Shown: positions 19,672-29,813, counted from the first letter of the stretch. The stretch: 64,000 bases of DNA from Poseidonia sp. (GCA_038148515.1 JAYQVP010000002.1:92102-156101); one strand, 5' to 3'. Notes: generated by a model from the letters alone, not told the origin. A program made the numbers and translations.

Positions 19672-20877
19672 ATGACGGACTACCTGCAGCGGTACGGCGA
19701 AGGGCTCATCATCGCCCATCCCGAACGGTTGGACTTTGATTTCGTGCCCGATGAACTGGTCGGTCGCGAGGACATTCAGCGGGAGCTCGCTTCCAAATTT
19801 TCGGGACTCACCTCGCCCGAAGGGTCGTCCAAAGCCATCATCACTGGGCCGGTTGGTTCAGGAAAAACGGTGCTGGCCAAGACCTTTTGCCGAGACCTGC
19901 AACGACACCTCGCTGGCAAAAGGGACGTCAAGGTAGCGCACATCAATTGCCGAAACGCCTCCACCAGCATGCGGGTCGCCCAGCGCATTCTCCACCAGTT
20001 TGACCCTGGCCACCCGGACCGAGGCCTCTCGCTGGGTGAGTTGCTAGGAAGCCTGCGCAAAATGTTGCGTAGAACATCCACGCACCTGATTGTCGTGTTG
20101 GACGAGGTGGACCACATGCTACGTCGGTCAGGCGACGAACTGCTGTACCAGTTGCTGCGAATCGACGAAGATCACGAAGGCAACGGCACACTGTCCTTGT
20201 TGCTCATCAGTCAAGAGCAGGTATTGGATGTTCTCGAACGGGCCGTTCTCTCCAAATTTGGCCAGTCCAATCACGTTCGATTGGCGGGGTACACGTTGGA
20301 GGGACTGAAAGCGATTGCAAACCAACGCGCTGAATTGGCCCTCGTTCGGGGCACATGGAATGAAAAAACGATGCATCTGATCGCTGAACGGGCAGCACCA
20401 ACCGGTGACGCGCGTCGTGTCATTGAGTACCTCAGCGGCGCAGCCAATCGGTGTGAATTCCGACTCGATGAACATGCTGAACGCCATATCCTTCCCGAAG
20501 ACATCCATGAAGCGAGCGAGAATTTAGCCATGGACCTGTCCACTCAACTCGAGGTTGTGGATGATCTAGCCCCACAGGGCATGCTCGTCCTGCTTGCCAT
20601 GTGCCGGCGTCTGAAAACACAAGAAACGATGACGATGGGTGAAGTGGAACGCTTGTACGCTGTGGTGTGTGAAGAATACGAACAGCAGGCAAAAAGCCAC
20701 ACGACGCTGTGGAAGTACGCCAAGGAAATCGAGGCGGCGGGCATCATCAGCACGAACGTGGCGACGGTCCCTGGCGGAAGGGGGCGAACCACCCATCTGA
20801 GCATGCCGGATTTTCTGCCTGCCGACTTGGCCGCCCGTTTGGAATTGCTTCTTCCAAAGCGTCTGCCGCGCTCCTGA
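19672..20877 (+). CDS. cdc6: Orc1/Cdc6 family replication initiator
   Basis: FVPDELVGRE, GPVGSGKT, HINC, VVLDEVD, GDARR, C-terminal winged helix with GGRGRT. Confidence 0.92.
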   Translation: MTDYLQRYGEGLIIAHPERLDFDFVPDELVGREDIQRELASKFSGLTSPEGSSKAIITGPVGSGKTVLAKTFCRDLQRHLAGKRDVKVAHINCRNASTSMRVAQRILHQFDPGHPDRGLSLGELLGSLRKMLRRTSTHLIVVLDEVDHMLRRSGDELLYQLLRIDEDHEGNGTLSLLLISQEQVLDVLERAVLSKFGQSNHVRLAGYTLEGLKAIANQRAELALVRGTWNEKTMHLIAERAAPTGDARRVIEYLSGAANRCEFRLDEHAERHILPEDIHEASENLAMDLSTQLEVVDDLAPQGMLVLLAMCRRLKTQETMTMGEVERLYAVVCEEYEQQAKSHTTLWKYAKEIEAAGIISTNVATVPGGRGRTTHLSMPDFLPADLAARLELLLPKRLPRS

Positions 20878-20944
20878 GCCCGTCAAATGAGACGATGGGG
20901 CTAAATACGGGTCTTGAGTCGGACAAATCCCGAGAGGTGCTGAT

Positions 20945-21433
20945 ATGGCAAGGTCAAACGCAGTTGAATTCATCGCAGTGGTCAACGACACTGACCCAAA
21001 AAACGGCGGGAAATCCTACTCCCTGAAGATCACGGGCAACAACCACGCCCAGATGCTCGGCAAGCGCATCGGTGACGTGGTCGACGGTCTCTTTGTGGGC
21101 GAGGGAGACAAGACCCTATCCGGCTACAAACTCGAAATCACCGGAGGCTCGGACAAAACCGGGACGCCCATGCGTCGAGATTTGGAAGGCGGCAACCGCC
21201 AATCCATCCTCGTCACCCAATCCACGGGATACAAGGGTCAAATCGTCGTCGAGAAGAAGAAAGGAGGCGACAAGAAGCGTTTCCGATACAAGCCCGACGG
21301 TCTGCGAAAGCGACGCACCTTCCGAGGCAACACCATCACCCAAGACACCCGCCAAATCAACCTTCGAGTGGTTGAGTCCGGAAAGAAGCCACTGGAAACC
21401 ATTCTGGCTGCACCCGAGGAAGCATCGGAGTGA
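20945..21433 (+). CDS. rps6e: 30S ribosomal protein S6e
   Basis: LEITGGSDKTGTPM, GLRKRRTFRGN; GAGGTG SD. Confidence 0.95.
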   Translation: MARSNAVEFIAVVNDTDPKNGGKSYSLKITGNNHAQMLGKRIGDVVDGLFVGEGDKTLSGYKLEITGGSDKTGTPMRRDLEGGNRQSILVTQSTGYKGQIVVEKKKGGDKKRFRYKPDGLRKRRTFRGNTITQDTRQINLRVVESGKKPLETILAAPEEASE

Positions 21434-21472
21434 ACCCGAGAGGGCTGTCGCTGAACCAAAGGAGGGTGGAGT

Positions 21473-22711
21473 ATGGGACGAACGCTTCCATCTCAACCCG
21501 AAGTGAACATCGGCTTGGTTGGTCACGTAGACCATGGTAAAACCACGCTCACACGAGCGCTCTCGGGCGTCTGGACTGACACGCACTCTGAAGAACGCAA
21601 ACGCGGCATCTCCATCAAACTGGGTTACGCTGACACCGCTTTTTATCAGGACGATACGGGCCAATTTTATGCCACAGGGAAGCGAGCCGATGGCGGTGAG
21701 GACAGAAACGACGAACTCAAACGGGTGGTTTCCTTTGTTGACGCTCCAGGCCACGAGACCCTCATGGCGATTATGATCACAGGCGCCTCGATCATGGACG
21801 GCGCCATGCTCATGGTTGCTGCTAACGAACCGTGCCCCCAGCCTCAAACACGTGAGCATCTCATGGCCTTGGAGATTGCCGGGATTGAAAACATCGTCAT
21901 CGTGCAAAACAAAATCGATTTGGTCACCAAGGAACGCGCTCTTGAGTCCTATGCTGAAATCAAGGCCTTCCTCAAAGGTACCATCGCTGAACATGCCCCG
22001 GTCATCCCCGTCTCTGCTCATCACGACGTCAACCTCGACGTTCTCATTCAGGCCATTGAAGCCACCATTCCTACGCCTGACCGCTCCAAGGACAAGCGGT
22101 CCATCATGCACGTAGCCCGCTCCTTCGACATCAATCGACCCGGCACACGGCCCACCAAACTGAAGGGTGGTGTCATCGGCGGAAGCATTGTTGAGGGCGA
22201 ATTTACCGAAGGCGACGAAATCGTCATTGGTCCAGGACGGAAGATACAGAAAGGAAACAAAGCCACTTGGGAGCCGATTGAAGCCGTTGTCAGCAGCATG
22301 CAGGGAGGAGGGTTAACGCTCAACACCATGCACGCAGGTGGCTTATGCGGTATGGCGACCTTGCTTGACCCCTCCATCACCGGTTCGGACAACCTTTCAG
22401 GCCAGGTCGTTGCTCGCAAAGGCGACCTCCCCGATATCCATTCCAACATCGCCATCAGCGTGAACCTCATGTCGCACATGGTCGCTGGCGATGGGGAATC
22501 TCCTGACCCCATTCAGCCGCTTCGCAACAACGAGATGTTGATGCTCAACGTGGCGACCGCCACCTCGGTTGGCGTGACTCGAAACGCCGAAAAGAGCCGA
22601 ACTGAACTTGAATTGCGACTTCCTATCTGCGCTGACAAAGGACAGCGAATCTCCCTTTCACGCCGCATCGGCTCTCGATGGCGACTGATCGGCTACGGAA
22701 CCATTGAATGA
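21473..22711 (+). CDS. eif2g: Translation initiation factor aIF-2 gamma
   Basis: GHVDHGKT, RGISIKLGY, DAPGH, QNKID, WRLIGYG. Confidence 0.97.
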   Translation: MGRTLPSQPEVNIGLVGHVDHGKTTLTRALSGVWTDTHSEERKRGISIKLGYADTAFYQDDTGQFYATGKRADGGEDRNDELKRVVSFVDAPGHETLMAIMITGASIMDGAMLMVAANEPCPQPQTREHLMALEIAGIENIVIVQNKIDLVTKERALESYAEIKAFLKGTIAEHAPVIPVSAHHDVNLDVLIQAIEATIPTPDRSKDKRSIMHVARSFDINRPGTRPTKLKGGVIGGSIVEGEFTEGDEIVIGPGRKIQKGNKATWEPIEAVVSSMQGGGLTLNTMHAGGLCGMATLLDPSITGSDNLSGQVVARKGDLPDIHSNIAISVNLMSHMVAGDGESPDPIQPLRNNEMLMLNVATATSVGVTRNAEKSRTELELRLPICADKGQRISLSRRIGSRWRLIGYGTIE

Positions 22712-22721
22712 GGTTCTACAG

Positions 22722-23099
22722 ATGACTCAAGTGCTCATCGATGCATGTGGTTGGGTTGCCTGCGTCGACGCTTCGATCAACATTGAACGAAGCCTTGAGG
22801 GGTTATTGGGGCCTTGCGAGTGGGTTCTTCTCAGTTCAATTCACGAGGAATTGAAAGCCTTGCAACATCAACGCCCTTCTCGTCAACCACTCCTGTTGTC
22901 CCTGTTAGAAGGCAAAGCGACCCGTGTCGAGGTTGATGCCGCCCTTCATCCCGATGATGCCCTGCTCGCTTACGCCATCGAACACGGGTGCGTGGCGTTG
23001 ACCGTTGACAACAGCCTGAAACATCGGTTGTACGAGGCCAACATCGCTGTGATCGAAGTACGCCAGAACAACCACCTCAATCTGATAGAATCGCTATAG
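22722..23099 (+). CDS. PIN domain protein (type usually found after aIF-2gamma)
   Basis: VLIDA, HEEL, DDALL, LTVD acidic residues; conserved gene context. Confidence 0.8.
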   Translation: MTQVLIDACGWVACVDASINIERSLEGLLGPCEWVLLSSIHEELKALQHQRPSRQPLLLSLLEGKATRVEVDAALHPDDALLAYAIEHGCVALTVDNSLKHRLYEANIAVIEVRQNNHLNLIESL

Positions 23100-23131
23100 A
23101 AAGGTTGCTTGAGCATCCTCGACGTGAAAAT

Positions 23132-23431
23132 TTAGGGCAAGGTGAACAGGACATCGTCACCGTGGCCGTCAAGCCACCCGATTTTCACGCCAGCATCGAT
23201 CCATGCATGGGCGTAATTGATGGCTCCAAAGGCACGAATCAAATCGCCCGTGTTCAAAAAATGCCGAGCATCGGAGGCGTAATCGTCCGCCATGCGCAAC
23301 ATCAGGCCCAACTGTTGACCTTCCGTGCTCACCTCATCCACCAAGGGGGTTGCCTTCGCCCTCGCTCTCGCCGTCAGTTGCAGGTAGTGTTCCACCCGCT
23401 CGGCCGTGATGCTGTCGTTGACCTCTGTCAC
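23132..23431 (-). CDS. DUF357 family protein
   Basis: YASDARHFL..GD...AFGAINYAHAWIDAG. Confidence 0.9.
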   Translation of the reverse strand: MTEVNDSITAERVEHYLQLTARARAKATPLVDEVSTEGQQLGLMLRMADDYASDARHFLNTGDLIRAFGAINYAHAWIDAGVKIGWLDGHGDDVLFTLP

Positions 23432-24486
23432 TCCCCACCCTCCTTTTGACGAAGAAGCAATCGTCGAGCGTCCTCCGTTCGGCCCAGTGCTTCGTAGAGT
23501 TCAATCGCCATTGACAACTTGCCGAGGTCTTCAGCCTCCTGAGCACGCAGGAACATCTGCCTTCGCTCTTCCCAATTTCGCGCCATTGCCGCCTCCGCAG
23601 CCGCTTGATAGCGTCCAGCCCGCTCTGCATCGGCTAAATGAGGCGCAGTCCATCGACGGAGCAACCCGTCGCGCGAACCCGTCACCATCGCATCGGGCGT
23701 TGATAGGACGAGCAAATCCCCCAGTGGCATCTGCTCCGTGAGTGGGAGATCAGCTTCATCGTCCTGGCGAACAGGAGCCGACATGGAATGCAGGTGGCCT
23801 TCAATGCCTAAGACCCACCAACCGTCCCCAGAGCGAACGGCGTCCATGGGCTCGTGAGAATCATGCTCGAGGCGTTCGAGCAGGTCCCAACCAAAGGGGT
23901 GTGGAACGCCTTCCCATATCGAGCCGTCGCCGCTTTGGAGCAGGAGTCGGCTGTCTTGGAGCGTTGAACACCAACTCCACGTTCGGTCTTCCAACGGCCG
24001 CTTTCTGTCATCGCCCGTCAATCGCCCACACCACAGGACGCCATCATCGTCCTGCCACAACAGATGCTCACGGTCGAGCCATCCGAGGAGCCGACGGATG
24101 GACCCCGTTTCCACGCGACGAATGCCTCGCCCTTGTTGTGAGAAAAGATGGAGTTGCCCGTTTCGACCGGCTAAGGCCCAGCCACCTCCAGGCCGGTGGA
24201 CGATATCTCTGAACCCTCCAGGCGTGCTGCGACCTTCGCCCATCATGCCACCATGTTGGGTGCTGATCAAGTAGAATCCATGGGCAGCAAGCACGCCCAG
24301 CACACCTTGTGCCGCAAACGCTGCGTGGATTTTGAACGGGACCTCAACCTCCCATCGAATTGAACCATCGTCCTCCAAGAAGGTGAGGTTGAGACCAGAA
24401 CTGACCACCACGCCACCTTCAGCCGCTGCCATCGTCGCCACTCGGGCGGGCGCTTGCCAGGACCAAGCGATATTCCATGTCATCAC
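23428..24486 (-). CDS. Beta-propeller (WD40/PQQ-like) protein with C-terminal helical tail
   Basis: Trp-rich beta repeats, VTGSRDGLLRRW, tail AQEAEDLGKLSMAIELYEALG. Confidence 0.65.
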   Translation of the reverse strand: MMTWNIAWSWQAPARVATMAAAEGGVVVSSGLNLTFLEDDGSIRWEVEVPFKIHAAFAAQGVLGVLAAHGFYLISTQHGGMMGEGRSTPGGFRDIVHRPGGGWALAGRNGQLHLFSQQGRGIRRVETGSIRRLLGWLDREHLLWQDDDGVLWCGRLTGDDRKRPLEDRTWSWCSTLQDSRLLLQSGDGSIWEGVPHPFGWDLLERLEHDSHEPMDAVRSGDGWWVLGIEGHLHSMSAPVRQDDEADLPLTEQMPLGDLLVLSTPDAMVTGSRDGLLRRWTAPHLADAERAGRYQAAAEAAMARNWEERRQMFLRAQEAEDLGKLSMAIELYEALGRTEDARRLLLRQKEGGE

Positions 24487-26432
24487 TGAGCACCTCCTTG
24501 AAGACCGCCCCAGGCGATCAATTGAGCCCTAGCAGCCTGAGTAAGCATATATTGGCGACTACGGCCCACTGAGCGTGCACTCAGAATGCCTTGTTGGAGT
24601 AATTTGTTGCTGATCTGCGACAGTCTGGACCGTTTGATACCCATGTGCTTGAGCATGGTCTCGTCGGATGGAGAATACGCCCGCTCATTGGCGATGGATA
24701 GCACATACGCCTCCGTCATGTTGAGGGAAGAAAGAGCAGTGGGGTTGAGCGGGAAATCTTCTCGCAAACCAACATTTGGACGTTGACGCCCCGCAAAGAA
24801 GTCCATCAGAGCTCCTGCAGCTCTAGTCGCCTCATTCGGAGGGTCCTGCGTCGAACCCGACAACATTGCCATAAGGGCACTCAAAAGGTGCTCGATACCC
24901 TCCTTCCCACCGTTTGGCGCTTGAGGAGATGACGTGAAGGTCGCTTCAAGCTGCGCCGGTAGGTCAAGGGGCTCCTCAGTACCCGCGCTTTCCAAAGGGG
25001 CTTTCATCGCAGTCTCTATCGGGACTTCTGGCAGTCCGATTTCGTCATGGATAAGGGCTGCAGACTCGTCCTCGGTCACCTCCTCCGCCACATCCTCCTC
25101 ATCCAGAGGTTCGGGGCCCCAATATTCGTGCACGCTCGAAGATTCAAGCAAACGGGTGTTCATGGCATCATCCTGTGCTTCTCCAGAGTTGGCTGCAGCA
25201 TCCCTGCGCTCAAGCTCGTCGATGTTTCGGTTTACAAGACGATGAAACGGGCCTGAATTTCTCCTGACCCTTGAGGGGACATTTTCTGAGGCATCCATGT
25301 AGGTACTTCGAAACGGCGTTTCTTGCAATGGTTCATCGTTGCCCTGGTCAGCATTGAGTTGTTCGATGTTCAAATCAAAACCGGATTCTTCTGCAGCATG
25401 GTCGGGCAAGAGGCCGTCTCGCTGGTCCCAAGGCACGGAGGCGTCAATCAGCGTTCCTTGCTCGTCCGCATCTTGGTTCATACGAACATCGGAGGGATGT
25501 ATGGTATGCTCCTCGGAGCGCATTGAGGACGGGGGCGTCGAACCCGAGGCTTGCGCACCGACTTGTTCAGGGGATTGGTCGCTGGATGGAAGCCCTTTGG
25601 ACCTGGATGGCCCCATCAGGTCGGAGAGTCGGTTCTCTTCGTCCCTCGGGTGCGGTTGAGCAGCCGTGGGGAAGGGCTCTGCACCGACAGTTTCCGCTTC
25701 CCTCATGCGAATCGAGTCGATGGCATCCCTCAGTAAGGTCACGACCGAAGCCGGGTACCCGTCGCATTGATTCAGCAAATCCTCTGCATCGGACCGAGTG
25801 AAATTGCTTTCTTCGCATCCCACGGATGTCAGACGTTGCGAAACAAGGTCCATCACATCGCTTTCATTCAAGGCACCCAAATGGTGCTGTTCAAAGCCCT
25901 CGAGAACCGTTTGTGGAAGGTGCCTTCGCTGATGCTGGTCGCAAACCAACACGAGCATAGCGTTCAATCGCTCCAGGGCCGTGTGAGCATCACGAAGGGC
26001 GACCTCGAGCACAGAAACGTCGCTGGCGGGGACGTCGATGACGATCATGGGCATATGCCCGCCAAACGCATACATTTCATTCACCAAGGCATTGGCCAAA
26101 GACGAACGGTTGCTGGGGGGGTTGTCACCGACGAGTTGCGTGTAGCACGCCTCAAGCAGGGCCTTTGCCGGATTTGTGGCGGGAAGGTGGTCGATCAGCG
26201 CGAACGCCCCTGCAGAGGGTTTGAGGCACCGAACCAAGGACGTACGTCCCGAACCAAGTGGACCCAGCAACATCACACGTCGGGGGGAGCGAAGTCGGAG
26301 AAATCCTTGCAAGGTGTTGAACACCCGTTGGCGACCCACCAGTTTGTGCGCTTCACCTTCTTCGAGAGGTCGGATGGAAAACGGATTGTCTTGCAAATAG
26401 GGCAGGCCGAAAACGTTCGTCTGTTTGACCAT
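24483..26432 (-). CDS. Degenerate AAA+ (ExeA/STAND-like) protein with acidic linker and C-terminal winged helix
   Basis: FGL..NPF, LVGR, GPLGSGRTS, MIVIDV, DGYP; C-terminal MGIKRSRLSQISNKLLQQGIL...GRSRQYMLT. Confidence 0.75.
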   Translation of the reverse strand: MVKQTNVFGLPYLQDNPFSIRPLEEGEAHKLVGRQRVFNTLQGFLRLRSPRRVMLLGPLGSGRTSLVRCLKPSAGAFALIDHLPATNPAKALLEACYTQLVGDNPPSNRSSLANALVNEMYAFGGHMPMIVIDVPASDVSVLEVALRDAHTALERLNAMLVLVCDQHQRRHLPQTVLEGFEQHHLGALNESDVMDLVSQRLTSVGCEESNFTRSDAEDLLNQCDGYPASVVTLLRDAIDSIRMREAETVGAEPFPTAAQPHPRDEENRLSDLMGPSRSKGLPSSDQSPEQVGAQASGSTPPSSMRSEEHTIHPSDVRMNQDADEQGTLIDASVPWDQRDGLLPDHAAEESGFDLNIEQLNADQGNDEPLQETPFRSTYMDASENVPSRVRRNSGPFHRLVNRNIDELERRDAAANSGEAQDDAMNTRLLESSSVHEYWGPEPLDEEDVAEEVTEDESAALIHDEIGLPEVPIETAMKAPLESAGTEEPLDLPAQLEATFTSSPQAPNGGKEGIEHLLSALMAMLSGSTQDPPNEATRAAGALMDFFAGRQRPNVGLREDFPLNPTALSSLNMTEAYVLSIANERAYSPSDETMLKHMGIKRSRLSQISNKLLQQGILSARSVGRSRQYMLTQAARAQLIAWGGLQGGAQ

Positions 26433-26491
26433 GGCCGACCAACGGAACTCAACTATATCATGTTTCACAAGAGAGAAGGGGTTCATCCACC

Positions 26492-26592
26492 CGTTACGAA
26501 CCGTTATTCGCTCAGCGGGATTCCTGTATCGGCCGTGATTAACGGAACATTAACGCCTAATTAACGCGTTAGTTAAACCGTTAAACCCGTTA
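26492..26592. repeat. Intergenic array of eight CGTTA/TAACG motifs around palindrome TAACGCGTTA
   Basis: CGTTA at 26492 and 26502; ATTAACG at 26538, 26549, 26560; CGTTA at 26567, 26579, 26588. Confidence 0.8.
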
Positions 26593-26661
26593 GCGTAGCG
26601 TGTAGTAGAGAGGCGATTGATTCAAAGAACGCCAGCGTTTGAAGTGAGATGAGGACAGCCC

Positions 26662-27960
26662 ATGCCCGTCAACAACAGCCGCATCAAAGGCCTGTACACG
26701 AAGACGGTCGAAGAACGCCTGTCCGTCGTTGCAGAGGCCACCCAGCTCGCCCCAGAGCACGTCCAAGCCCTCTCTGCGCACGGTGAACTGGACAGCAATG
26801 CGGCCGATCGCATGATTGAGAATGTCATCGGTACCATGTCCTTGCCCGTGGGTGTAGCGACCAATTTCGTCATCAACGGGGAACATTATCTCATCCCCTT
26901 CTGCCTTGAAGAATCAAGCGTGGTGGCGGCTGCCTCCAACATGGCCAAACGCTGTCTTGTTCATGGCGGATTCCGCACCAACAACGACAAACCAGTGATG
27001 ATTGGACAGATTCAATTGCTGGACGTCGCCGATATGGAGCGAGCTATAGCAGCGATTGCAGAGGCTGAGGCAGAGTTGATCGAATTTTGCAACGACATCC
27101 CCTCCAAAATGATCGAACTTGGTGGCGGCTGCAGAGCGATTGAATCGCGTGTCGTTCAATCCACCCTCGGAGCGATGCTCGTTGTCCACCTGCTGGTGGA
27201 CTGCAGGGACGCCATGGGGGCCAATGCGGTCAATACCATGGTGGAGCGATTGGCACCTCGCCTTGAAGCCCTCAGTGAAGGGCGTGCTCACCTACGCATC
27301 CTCTCCAACCTCGCAAGCCAGCGGTTGGCGCGAGTTGCTGCGACATTCACACCCGAAGAAATGGCGACAAAGGGCGACCGTGAAGAAGGACTCCACATCA
27401 TCGATGGAATTCTTGAGGCGCAAGCCTTCGCCGTGGCCGACCCGTACCGGGCCACAACTCACAACAAGGGCATCATGAATGCGATCAGTAGCGTAGCACT
27501 GGCCTGCGGACAAGACTGGCGAGCCATCGAAGCAGGATGCCATGCATGGGCCAGCCTCCACGAAGGACGCTACACATCCATGTCCTCCTGGACCAAAAAT
27601 GCGGATGGTAATCTGGTTGGAGAGATGACCTTGCCTATGGCAGTGGGAATCGTTGGAGGCGCTTCGAAGGTTCACCCCGCAGCACGGGCGAACCTGGCGA
27701 TTCTTGGCGTCACCACCGCTCAAGAATTGGCGGGCATCATGGTGTGCGCTGGATTGGCTCAAAACCTTGGTGCGTTACGGGCCCTATCCACCAAAGGCAT
27801 CCAAGCCGGCCACATGAAATTGCACGCCAAAAACATGGCTGTTTCTGCCGGCGCCGTCGGTGAAGAAATCGATTCGCTAGCGCGACGTTTAGAGGCGTAT
27901 GAAGGACATCGTACCCAATCCATGGTTGAAGCCTGGCTTCAAGAGATGCGAGACAAGTAA
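26662..27960 (+). CDS. mvaA: HMG-CoA reductase, class II
   Basis: MIENVIG, EESSVVAA, DAMGAN, THNKGIMN, GHMKLH. Confidence 0.93.
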   Translation: MPVNNSRIKGLYTKTVEERLSVVAEATQLAPEHVQALSAHGELDSNAADRMIENVIGTMSLPVGVATNFVINGEHYLIPFCLEESSVVAAASNMAKRCLVHGGFRTNNDKPVMIGQIQLLDVADMERAIAAIAEAEAELIEFCNDIPSKMIELGGGCRAIESRVVQSTLGAMLVVHLLVDCRDAMGANAVNTMVERLAPRLEALSEGRAHLRILSNLASQRLARVAATFTPEEMATKGDREEGLHIIDGILEAQAFAVADPYRATTHNKGIMNAISSVALACGQDWRAIEAGCHAWASLHEGRYTSMSSWTKNADGNLVGEMTLPMAVGIVGGASKVHPAARANLAILGVTTAQELAGIMVCAGLAQNLGALRALSTKGIQAGHMKLHAKNMAVSAGAVGEEIDSLARRLEAYEGHRTQSMVEAWLQEMRDK

Positions 27961-27962
27961 GT

Positions 27963-28574
27963 TCATTCTTCTTCGCTGACCGGCAAGGCTGCCTGAACCG
28001 TTCCCGCTTCATCGCTAGCGTCCCGAAGAATTTCATTTCTGTCGCCTAATTCGTCCAACAAACCTGACGATTGCACTTGCTCACGAAACCATGCTCGTAC
28101 CTTTTTCCGGTCGGTGTGTGGGCATCCGAACGACTCTGAAAAACGGCGCGTGGTTGACAAACGACGCGTGTTGCCGTCCTTTCGGCGATCAACCATACCC
28201 AATTGCGCCAATTCCCGAACGTAATCATAGGCCTTCTGCCCCAACAACTCGACCAATCTCGATTGGGGCATGGGCTGGTGGTAAGCAATCAATGCGGCCG
28301 CCTTGAGCAACTTTGGGGCCATTGCAGTCTTGGTCTCCCGGGGAAGATGCGAGGCGATGGCCGGTTTGACTTCCAGAGCCCATCGGTCGCCCACTTCAGC
28401 CAACTGGAGAGAACCCCCTTTGCGTCGGCGCAGCGTGGCTTGCAAGGACCCCAAACTATCGAGCATTTCGTCCTCATCGTAACCGAGAGCAGTTGACAAC
28501 TCAGCGGCCGACATGGACTTGCCTGCGCTAAACAAGGTCGCTTCGATGAGGGTTTCGAGAGGTAATTCCGTCAT
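27963..28574 (-). CDS. scpB: Segregation and condensation protein B
   Basis: IEATLF, ALIAYHQP, TTRRFSESFG; follows scpA. Confidence 0.9.
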   Translation of the reverse strand: MTELPLETLIEATLFSAGKSMSAAELSTALGYDEDEMLDSLGSLQATLRRRKGGSLQLAEVGDRWALEVKPAIASHLPRETKTAMAPKLLKAAALIAYHQPMPQSRLVELLGQKAYDYVRELAQLGMVDRRKDGNTRRLSTTRRFSESFGCPHTDRKKVRAWFREQVQSSGLLDELGDRNEILRDASDEAGTVQAALPVSEEE

Positions 28575-28580
28575 GATGCC

Positions 28581-29813
28581 TCACTCCACCAGCCATTCAT
28601 GGGCCATCGTTGAATCGAATTCCGTCGACTGCTCGTCGCTTTCGTCCACTTCTATCGCTTCTCCATCGGGCCCGACCACATGGCCCACCCTTGCCGCCTC
28701 TTCGCGTGCCAGCCGACGAGCTTCCCGCTCTTCCGCCTGCCTGGCTCTTGCCGCCATGGCCTCCAGGCGATGGTCTGAACCGGTGGATTGCCCTTCAAGG
28801 TCTTCGGCATCGGAGGCCATCAGGGCTTCCACGGCGACCATGACCTCCTCAAAGGAAGTTAATTCAGGCCAGAGGTCTTCAATCATTATGCTCTCAACGG
28901 ATTCGTCTTCTTGAGTAATGCTAGCAACTCGACGGTGGGTAAGGAAGAGGCCAGCGATAAAACTCGCTACAAAGCTCTCATTGTCCTCATCGTCCAAACG
29001 CACACCTAACATCGATTCAATCATCGGTTGAAGCCGCCGCATGACCTGAACCAAGGGAACACGTAGGGAGGCCATATCCGAACATGTTTGTTTGAGGGCC
29101 ATCCAACACCGTTCAATGTCGCCCTCCAAATCTTCGTTGTGCATGCGTCCGCCAATGTTGTCGAGGTAGTCGTGAAGTTCACGCTCGTGCTCAATTCGGT
29201 TTTGTTCACGCAACTTCAAGGATTCAGCGTCGTCAGCCGCATCCTTGAACGCCGACAGCAATTCTGCCAACGTCACGGGGCGACCTTCATCGCGACGCAC
29301 ACGCTCATCGAACAACCCGGACAGCAGATGGTCGGCCCCCCCATCAATGACCGATTGAGTGAAGAAGAACGCTTCATCGTCGTAATCGGCCCCCCATCCA
29401 AAGTCAATGTCCTCGGACCACTCCTCGTCTTCGTACACCGGCTGTATCTTGTCAAACAAGGAGGCAGATTGGAGGTGGAGGACTTCCCATGCCAAACGAA
29501 TCAAGCGCCCACATGCAGGAAGGTCCAAATCGTCCGCCTCCCGAACGCGTTGGGAAAAAACGGACAGGAACGTCGATAAATCGATACTCCAGGGGTTGAA
29601 AGCCTCTTCTCGCACTAGGGAGAGCACCAAGGCCACTGAACGATCAAAAGGATCATGCAGGCTCTGATGTTCTGCTTCTTCCGTTGCAGCGATGGTAGCG
29701 ATTCGCTGGCCAAACAGTTCGGCGTCTTCTTGGTCCTCGCCATGAGCGAGGAGTTGGTCAATGATTTCCTGCTTGAGGAACCACCGGTCCAAGACGCTTT
29801 GTTGTTCCACCAT
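28581..29813 (-). CDS. scpA: Segregation and condensation protein A (kleisin)
   Basis: NPWSIDL, RPVTLAELLSAF; lies between smc and scpB. Confidence 0.85.
   Translation of the reverse strand: MVEQQSVLDRWFLKQEIIDQLLAHGEDQEDAELFGQRIATIAATEEAEHQSLHDPFDRSVALVLSLVREEAFNPWSIDLSTFLSVFSQRVREADDLDLPACGRLIRLAWEVLHLQSASLFDKIQPVYEDEEWSEDIDFGWGADYDDEAFFFTQSVIDGGADHLLSGLFDERVRRDEGRPVTLAELLSAFKDAADDAESLKLREQNRIEHERELHDYLDNIGGRMHNEDLEGDIERCWMALKQTCSDMASLRVPLVQVMRRLQPMIESMLGVRLDDEDNESFVASFIAGLFLTHRRVASITQEDESVESIMIEDLWPELTSFEEVMVAVEALMASDAEDLEGQSTGSDHRLEAMAARARQAEEREARRLAREEAARVGHVVGPDGEAIEVDESDEQSTEFDSTMAHEWLVE

Noticed and set aside
22722..23431. PIN protein plus small helical protein as a toxin-antitoxin pair
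   Set aside because: Genes are convergent, and the PIN gene sits in its usual position after aIF-2gamma.
26530..26600. dif site, CRISPR array or ORB interpretation of the motif array
   Set aside because: No TAA-N6-TTA arm geometry, repeats far too short for CRISPR with no spacers or cas genes, and no ORB consensus.
26662..27960. Class II HMG-CoA reductase as a novelty
   Set aside because: Bacterial-type HMGR is already known in Thermoplasmata and Archaeoglobus.
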